In this document: piece by piece, positions 24,890 to 33,509 of the stretch
Layout: each line of letters begins with the position of its first letter
Position numbering within the stretch: position 1 is the stretch's first letter
From: Proteromonas lacertae
Lineage: Eukaryota
DNA: 33,509 nt
NCBI GenBank assembly: GCA_002245135.1
Contig: NGBS01000296.1
Coordinates: 248,001-281,509, forward strand
Direction of reading: 5' to 3'
Made by a program: the position numbers and the translations under genes
Notes under the pieces: generated by a model
What the model was told of the DNA's origin: nothing
Seen by the model: only the letters and a program-made list of their open reading frames with translations
The model's database searches: none

Positions 24890-26235
24890 TTAAAAACTCT
24901 TTTGGAAAGAATCAACATCTCCGTTTAATAAATCTCTAAATAAAATATACATACGATAATTTTATACGTAATAGTTGCTGTAAATGAATATCCCTTTGTA
25001 GATACTCCTTCGACTTTAATTTCTGCATTTACTTTTGCTTTCTCTTTCATATCAAAATATATATATTTTTTATTTTCTGTATTTGTAGAGGAAGATGGTA
25101 TTAATTTTGATAAACCATTTGATACATCAATTATTCTATTTATATACACATAATTTCATATACGCATCAACTGCACTTTTAGCATCAGCAAAACTATCTG
25201 ATGCTATGAATAAGGTTTTACCATCAACTACCCTTTCATTATACTATTATCATTAATAAAACTATTAATCATTTATATTTATACTCCAACAACTCCATTC
25301 TTTGGATCAATAATGTAACTTATAATTACTTTGCTTACAGAAGTGTATATACTCTGTCTTGAATTAATTTCTTTTAAATAAACATTAATTATAGATTTCA
25401 AATCACTTTTGTAAAATGGATAAAACACAATTGGTTTTTTCATATGTCGAGTAAATGGTAATCCACTGTTAGAAATTTCTAATTTTTTATTTATTGCTTT
25501 TCTTAATTCTATCTGATCCTGAAATTCAAATTTATTATTCTTAATAATATCAAATACACTTTCAGTTATATCAGTTATAAATATAAAAATACTCTATTCA
25601 TAACTAAAAAATGAATTATACATTTGATGTGTTTAATCTTTCATTTGTATTAACATCGACTGTTATATAACCTCTTTCATCAAATACATCATTTAAACTT
25701 TGGAATATTTTTGAATCTTGACTTTGTATTTCATCAAACACAAATAAGTTTAAACCTGGACATTCTTTTATTCCATTTATTACATATTCTCTTATTTTTC
25801 TTGAAGATTCAAATGGCATTGTTGACATTCTATATGAATATGAAATTATTCATTTAATACGAAACTGATTTATAACATGGTGAATCTATTTCACTAATTA
25901 AAGAATAATTACATCGATATATCATACAATAATGACTCTCTTACAATTCTAGCAGCAAGTGTCTTTCCTGTTCTACTTGGCCCACCTATTGGGATTATTA
26001 GAGCACTATTTCATAAATGAAAAATCAAATACGATCTCCTGTCATTATACCAATCAGATATTGTCCTATACACTTGTCGTTTAGCAATATCTTGACTTAT
26101 TAGTCTATTGTTCAGTTCAATTCTTAGATTTTGTAAAGGATTCTTTCTATATAGATACTTGTTAATGAACCACCATGCATTCACTTCATTAATAATAATG
26201 AAGAAAATTAAAACGATTAATATGGTACTTATCAT
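24890..26235 (-). CDS. Torsin-like AAA+ ATPase with signal peptide, copy 3 (inverted)
   Basis: MISTILIVLIFFIIINEVNA/WW, GPSRTGKT, LFVFDE; same exon structure; stop at 24890-24892. Confidence 0.85.
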
Positions 26236-26451
26236 TCAAATTAAATAAAGTGAATATATTCTTTATGTACTTACATAAACATTTTAAATTTATTTTACAT
26301 AGTTAATGTTAATTCCACATAAGATTTACATATAAAAATAAAAATTACATAATAAATGAAACGGGTATAATTTTTGGAATATAAAAAACATACAAAAAAT
26401 CAAAATTATAAAATGAAAAATGTATTTTAAATAATCTTACATACAATATTG

Positions 26452-26656
26452 TTAATTACTGGTATTTATTAGTTGAAATGAGTTTCTTTCACCATTTAAA
26501 AAAGATCTAGTACATTATATGAATAGAAAATATAATACTCTATAGTCGATTCATATAAATACTTCTTATGTATTGTTTTAGAATTAACATTATATTTTAC
26601 TTCAATTTCTGCATTTATTTTCGACTTTTCTATTATTTCATACTTTAGAGTTTTTC
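26452..26656 (-). pseudogene. Duplicated 3' fragment of torsin-like copy 1 (last intron and stop)
   Basis: Reverse complement of 22682-22886; begins abruptly mid-exon. Confidence 0.8.
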
Positions 26657-27359
26657 TATATTATACCGTTTTATTCATTATGTAATCTTAATTTTTATTT
26701 AATGGGGCTTGGATTTATTTCAAAATTTAATATTTCGTGTTATAACTAAGTATTGTTTTTTTAATGTTCATATGTGTGTAATGATGTAAATTCATATGTA
26801 TAAATCTAAAAATTAAGTACTGTTTCTTTGAAATACTATGAATTAATGAATATTTAAATTTAGCTAAATTTAATCAGTTTATTTAACTGTATATATTCAA
26901 ATAAGTTATAAATAGTTTGTTAATTTACATAATATTCAGATTATGTCAATTTGTTTCATATTTCTATTATGAAGTGATACTATTCATGTAAATGAACAAT
27001 ACCTTTGTAAGTATGTTATTTAGATAGATTTAATACATAAGATTTACGTAATATTTTGATTAATAGAAATAAACATAGTTATATTTGTTCTTAAACAGGT
27101 TAATATATCTTATAAACAATAGAGATATAATATATGTAGTATTTATGAAAAACTAATTTTGATAAAAAGGGACAGAAGAGGACCTACAGGTTATACTATA
27201 AGTGTGTAATGTGTTTATATTAGAAAATGGTATTTACATAAAGAATAAAACGGCAATATTTTCATAAATGAAAATACAATTGACAATTACATGACTAGAA
27301 AGGTAGAATATTATTAATAGTTACTAAAAAACAACAACAAATAGATTTACGTATTTACT

Positions 27360-28750
27360 TTAATGAACATGAAGTGCTTTCAAAGCATCTTCTTTCTTTA
27401 ACTTATCATATTTTATCTTTGATATATACTCTTGATTCTCTACATTATCTTCACATAAATTTCTTATCTATTACATATTTATAATAAAGACTATTAGATA
27501 TAAATATACTGCTATTAAACTCCATTCTCTACAAAGTGGATTCTTCATATCAACATTACAACTGCTTAGTATTGGATAAATCAGTCCATTCTCTCTAACA
27601 TTATCTTGAATATCTCTGTGATTATTACACAAAGTTCCAATTAATTCAATTATTGATGAGTAGAAATCATGGATTTCATGATTTAATTCTTTCTTTGATA
27701 CTTCAAAAAGTGTGGAAAAATGTTTTAATAGTAAATATATTTTATATTTATTCAAATTATAATCTATTTTATAACGGCTAAAATAAAATGAAATAACTGA
27801 ACATAATAATGGGATTGCTGTTGAATAAAGAGTGTAATTAATTTCAATTAATGTGTTTTCTATTATTTAAATAATAAACATTATATATATATATATATAC
27901 CTTTTGGATTATTATTACATACAAAATCACATAATATATGTAAAATATTAAACATTCTTTCATATACTCCATCATCTTCATATTCTTCTGGTTTAAAATC
28001 AAGACTTTCTTCTTCTACCAAAGTTCGAAATATTTCTAAAAATATTAATTCTTCTTTATTAATTACCATCTCAAATTCATCACCTTCTTTCTTACTTTCT
28101 TCTTCTTTATTAAATAACAAATCAAAAATCATTTTTGCTGTTTTGTTCTTTGTTAATATATATTTTATTATTAGAAATAGAAAATCGTTATTATTCTCTA
28201 AATCTTCATTAATTGAGTTAATTAATAAGGATGATATAACCGACTTATTCTTAACTGAAAGTATTTCCATTAAACAATTATCATTGTGAATTATACAGTT
28301 ATATATTATCATAGTAATACAATTATATAACTTCATATTATCTTTTGATATTTCAACTAATACTTGGTATTGTAATGATATTATCACTTTATTCCATACT
28401 ATGATTTGATTTGTTTTGTTATTTACTATTGCATTACAGAGTGATTGAAAATAAACGATTAGAAGAGGAGATAACAATTGGTGATTTATTGATCTTTTCA
28501 AAAAACTATCAAATCCTTCAATAATTAAATCAATAAACTATTATAATATGCAAATGAAATATACAGATAAATAATCAGTATTCTGGATAAGAAAGTCTTG
28601 ATATTCTGTTCCTTTTGTTGCTATAAAACGGTTATATTTAAATATATTAATAAGCAACTCAATTATCTTTTGCTGGCATTCATTGAACTCTTCTTGGCTT
28701 GAAATAAACGATTTCATAACAGTTTGATAATATTGGATAGTTGATAGCAT
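27360..28750 (-). CDS. ATXN10: Ataxin-10 family protein
   Basis: Three introns. The C-terminus IGTLCNNHRDIQDNVRENGLIYPILSSCNVDMKNPLCREWSLIA|IRNLCEDNVENQEYI matches the ataxin-10 domain consensus. Confidence 0.9.
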
Positions 28751-28988
28751 TTTTGAAATATTTATATCGTTTAAAACAATTCTGAATAGATTATAATGTT
28801 TTATTATACTTTTCTTTCAGTAAAGAGAGAAATACATCGTTTATAGAACTAATAGTATAAGTTTCACAATCACATTGATCTGGAATATTGATATCTGACA
28901 TTAGTATGATAATATTGAAAGACTATAAGATGAAAAAGAAAAAATGAAAATTAATGAAACGAATATATTTTGAATTAAAATATTGAAA

Positions 28989-31252
28989 ATGAGAATAACC
29001 AAGAAAGAAGATGAAAGTGGGTATATTATCAGTAATATATTATACATATGTAGGTTGATTCTGAAGATGGTAGAAGATGGGTATGGTGATTTCTGTTTTG
29101 ATGCTAGAGGAAATGAAATATACTTCATAAAAAATATAATATCTTCATGTAATAGTGAATTAAAAAGATTAATGAATAAATCAAAGAATAATAAAATCAA
29201 AATAAAAGATCCTTTAATAACTGAAGAATCTATAGTTAATCTATTAATATATTATGGAAATGGAACAATAGAACTTGGTGATGACAATGTTGTTGATATG
29301 TTTTATTCATGTTTAGTTTTTAAAGAGAGTGTATTAAGAACATATTTGGAGAGATATATAAAACATCATTGTAACATTCAAATAATGAAGAAGTTGTTGG
29401 ATATTCTATGTTCAGTAGATTTAAAAGAATTAACAAATGTAAACAATATTGCTTTGGATTATCTACAATTGAATGGCTATAAATTATTAAATGAGAATGA
29501 AATGAATAACTTATCGTTTAGTTGTATATCCTATATTCTTCACATTCCAAACTTAATAATAAAGAGTGAAAATTATTTGTTGAAAAGACTAATTATGCAT
29601 TATAATAATTCAAAGAAACAATTGGATAATATTGATTCAATTACATATTCTCCAACAAAACGTAATAAAAATACATTATTATTATATGACAATTACAAAA
29701 ACCTATTTGATTTACTGAATTGGGATAAAATATCACTGACAGAATTTAACAAGAGTGAAATAGATATTATTAAGTATATACTAAAAGAAATGGAAGAGTC
29801 TAAAAGAAAAGAAATAATGAAACAATAACAGTGAAAAGAGTTTATATTGATCCAATTAGAAGTGGAAATGAGAAACTTGATAATTACTTATTAAAATGTG
29901 TTAAAATATATCAATTAGAAACGACAGTAATAAATGTATCTGATGAAGAAAAGTATTATCTTCTTTCCATCAACAATTTAGTTGATATTATTTCATCAAT
30001 TCTAGAAGAGAATAATAATGGTAGTTTAGTATATCAAATAATATGTTTGATTATAATATCAGATTTAAACCTCAATGTGAAGAGTATTTTGCACTATATT
30101 TATTATTTTTATATTTATTTAGTCAATACTACTATTAGATCGCATCTTTTATCATCGCTTATCTATGAATTTCAGCTAATGAGTAATAAAAGTAAGAGAG
30201 TAAATGTGAATGTTATAAAAGCTATTATTCTGTGTATTAATGACAGTATATATATCTATATTCATCTTTTTTTTAATGTAGATAATGATTTGGTTACTCT
30301 TTTATAGAAGTTGTGGTATTAATATATTCATAATGATCCTTAATTTTAACAATCCAGAAATGATTATCAAATTTGTTCAAAATCATCTAAAAGATAAGCA
30401 ATTGGAATGTGAGATATTAGTTAAATCATTAACTGACAACAATATCAAAGAATTGTTAAATGCAGTCCATCAAATCGAATTTAAATATCCAAACAGAATG
30501 TATACATTCTATGAAGGTGATTCGTTTGAAATTAAACCACAGTTTATGAATGAAAAATCATACTACCTGAATGTAAATTCACATATATTCACAGTTATAC
30601 CAAAGTTTCCATCTTTTATTACACTGAATGAAATAAATGGAAGGATTAAAAGTTCAAATTCCAAAGTATTACCTGAAACAAAATATGTTGTGAAATATGA
30701 ACCAATCACATTACAATCTACAAAGTCAGATATTCAAGCAGAGTTTATTTTATCAATTGAGAGTATAAGATTTGAAAATTATGATAATATGTTAAAGGTA
30801 GATGAAAGTGGGAGAATATTATCCTATGAGATAATGGGTTAATATCATTTAGAGGAATGAAAGAAAAACTAAAAAGTGAAGTGAATTTGAGGTTACAAAA
30901 TGGAATTTATCATATTAAATTCTTGATTAAAGATATAAAAAGTGTTATATTTGGTATATGTGATAAAAGAAACGAAAATATTGAAACAACATTGGAATAT
31001 AATCAGTTTGAAAATAAAAGAAGAAATTTCTATATTTCACCATCTAAACTAAGAAATACAAGTGATAAAGTGCTATTAGAAGTAATAATCTCTATGGATG
31101 AAAGATTGTTAAGCTATAAGCATAGAGATAGAATAGAATCATTGAAATTTAACACAAAATCTTCCCATTTAATTCCTTTTATATATTTAAATGAAATGGA
31201 TTTATCCCATTCCAGTTCCATAGAGATTGTGTCAGTGTTTAAACAAGAATAA
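28989..31252 (+). CDS. BTB/BACK-helical-Ig-like-SPRY-like protein, paralogue of 4913..9086; three frame breaks (possible pseudogene)
   Basis: First intron at the same position as in the paralogue (G|LILKMVEDGYGDFCF). BACK-like LIIKSENYLL; Ig-like PKFPSFITLNEINGRI. Frame breaks at ~29826, 30305 and ~30840. Confidence 0.7.
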
Positions 31253-31348
31253 TCTTATTATTACAAATATTATTGCTATTATAATTGTTTTTGTTGTTTT
31301 TATAAATTGTCCCTAAAAGCCGAACATGTTCGTCTATAATTTGAAAAA

Positions 31349-33041
31349 ATGGACGATTTTTTAAAAACTCTAAACCAACAGAATAGAGTTGCCAATATTG
31401 AATAATTATGTATTTTGCTACATAGATGAAGACACATACCACCCATTTTTGAATTTATTTAAAGGTAAAAAACTGATTGTTGTTTCATCTCTTCGTATTA
31501 TTACAATAATAATGTTGTCTAGCAAATTATTTGATCAATGTAGTATCAAAAAGTTTTTCAAATGAAGTAGAAAGGATAAGAGTATGATTTTTTCTGTTTA
31601 TGTTAGTGTTTAAACGATATATGTTTAAACATCGGATTTAAATTAAATAATTATCTAAATAGAAGTAATATAGGGATTGATGATGAAGAAAAAACAGTAT
31701 CTTATAAATTCTTTCAAATTATAGTTTGTGGGAATGCAATTATCAATATAAGTTTTATTTTAACAATCTTACTCCAGTTGAAAAATACAGTCATGCACAA
31801 AAAATCCTCAAAGATTACATAAAAACTGAAAAGAGAAAACGAAATACTTTTAGTCCTTTACTAAAGATAGAAATAGTCTAAAACTGTTGGGTCAAAATAA
31901 AATAAGATACATCAATAATAAAGTATATACTATTTTGTTATTTATTTTATATTAGTTATATAATAAATTACTCAACATCAGATCATCCAATTCTATTAAA
32001 TCCTTTAATTGAAGATAATACTTCAAATCAAGATGTATATATATCTCTTAATATAATAATAATAATAATAATAGAATCTAAAATAAAATGTTTTTGCAAT
32101 TACAAATTATGGGAAAGAAGTAATGAAGAAGAAGGTGGAATAGAATTATCAATTTTATATAATCCAACAACCAAAACCAAATCCATTAACAGTACCTCCT
32201 CGTAATAGTGAATCATTTCTAACAATTTACTATCCTTTAAATGTTAATAAATTACCATTAGAACCATTTGTAATTGATTTTGAAATAATAAAAAATTTGG
32301 TGAATAAAGGAGTACTAGGTAAAGATATAACTAGTATTGATACTGATAATAATATTAATAATTCAATGAACTATTACAATAAAATAAACCAACTACTATC
32401 TTCAATATCTTCTTCAATTACAACATCATTAACTTCAACAATAAGAGAATTCAAACAAAACTTGAATGAAAGAAACAAACGAATCAAAATTCAGAAATGA
32501 ATTGGATTTTGCTGATAAATTGTGGAATATATTTAAGGTATTTATAGTCATCATTCTATTAATTGATATTTAAATTAGTATGCACCTTCTTTATCTCATA
32601 TTGAAGAATCCATTATTATCGATTTATAAACAATTACTCAGTGGAGATTTATTACCAATATTTATGAATGATTATCAAAGTCAAATTGGAGTTGTGTTTA
32701 AAAATGCTTTAATAGAAACAGCTAAAATAAAATACAAAAAAGAAAATATACAGAATGGTATATATATGAATATTGTTTTATATAAACATTAGAGAAATAT
32801 AAGTTTTAATGACTTATTCACATTGCCAATCAATGAATTAATAGTTGATTTAGGATTGAACAAAATGATTAGAGATTATTTATTCACATTTAAAGAGCTG
32901 AAATGTTTAAATATAACAGATATTGAATTACTAATTCCTAAATTGGAAGATAGTATAAAAGATAAGTACAATAAGTTGGAGTGTTTGAATTATTTATTAT
33001 GTCTTAACACAACTTTAAGAATTGTATATATATATATATAC

Positions 33042-33072
<31 letters not shown>

Positions 33073-33509
33073 CTAATTCAATAATAGATTGGAATTCCTT
33101 ATTCTACAATTCATTCAATATTAACTGACATTATAATTCATCATTTTTCTTCTTCTACATTATTTAATCCATCGAATGTTGTTATTACTCCAATTAATTT
33201 ACCACCTTTACTATCAAAGAATCTTACCTTCAAAACCATATTTTTGGTATTGTGAAATAGAATCAAATAATATGAATAAATCTATTGAAATTAGTTGTGA
33301 AGACTGTCTATTGGATTTGAACTGTGGTTCTGGATTGTCTGTGAAAGAAATTAATAATTTACAGGAAAGATTAGAATAGTATATAAATCAATTACATTAT
33401 TATTGTATAGTATTCCAGTAGAAATGTGGAATTTAATATCTATCAGAGATAAAATGATGAAAACTGATGGATTTTTTAAATATACTTGTCAAATAATAAA
33501 TAATCAGTT
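31349..33509 (+). CDS. ZWILCH: Zwilch (kinetochore RZZ subunit), heavily frameshifted as assembled; runs to the window end
   Basis: Motifs occur in order across frames: DRNSLKLLG, CFCNYKLW, PLTVPP, RNELDFADKLW, QLLSGDLLP, LIVDLGLNKMIRDY, KPYFWYCEI. These match remembered Zwilch motifs (RxDLDFxExLW, EIGLxKxxxDY, PxxWxxEI). At least eight frame changes are needed. Confidence 0.7.

Larger units (their letters stand above)
22682..26656. repeat. ~4 kb imperfect inverted duplication with three near-identical tract pairs
   Basis: Reverse-complement pairs read by eye: 22682-23082/26256-26656, ~23279-23652/25688-26061 and 24061-24466/24844-25249. Unique spacer 24467-24843. Confidence 0.9.

Noticed and set aside
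22682..26656. Inverted repeats as transposon TIRs or a foldback element
   Set aside because: The arms are host gene sequence with introns; no transposase or target-site duplication is evident.
26854..26873. 20-bp perfect palindrome TTAAATTTAGCTAAATTTAA
   Set aside because: Single, low-complexity and in very AT-rich DNA; no supporting context.
30838..30852. Possible 15-nt micro-intron GTTAATATCATTTAG
   Set aside because: Its length is a multiple of three, so removal does not restore the frame and leads to TGA.
31607..31631. TGTTTAAAC...GTTTAAACA short inverted repeat
   Set aside because: It falls in coding sequence (CLNDICLN); likely coincidental.
1..33509. Polyadenylation-generated stop codons as known in Blastocystis
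   Set aside because: Every gene whose 3' end is visible has an encoded stop; no case is supportable here.

Overview
This is very AT-rich, gene-dense eukaryotic nuclear DNA. Its introns are short (24-64 nt) and almost all read GTAT...TAG, its 3' UTRs are short and followed by TGTT-rich elements, and its intergenic spacers are tiny. This architecture suggests a Blastocystis/Proteromonas-type (Opalinata) stramenopile (inference). Manual splicing gives about 15 genes: a C2-like conserved protein, Elongin C, a Ser/Gly/Asn/Tyr-repeat surface protein, two BTB-Ig-SPRY-like paralogues, a disrupted myristoylated coiled-coil/Hsp70-like gene, a tensin/PTEN-type phosphatase-C2 protein, an acylated ARM-repeat protein, two zinc-finger paralogues, three torsin-like AAA+ ATPases, ataxin-10 and Zwilch. 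Two signals stand out. (1) Otherwise well-formed genes carry many single-base frameshifts, almost all +1 and several lying right at a stop codon. This could be Euplotes-like recoding or RNA editing, but homopolymer assembly error is the more parsimonious explanation. (2) A torsin-like ATPase cluster sits in a ~4 kb inverted duplication with three ~400 bp near-identical tracts that suggest gene conversion. No rRNA, tRNA, CRISPR or transposon was recognised.
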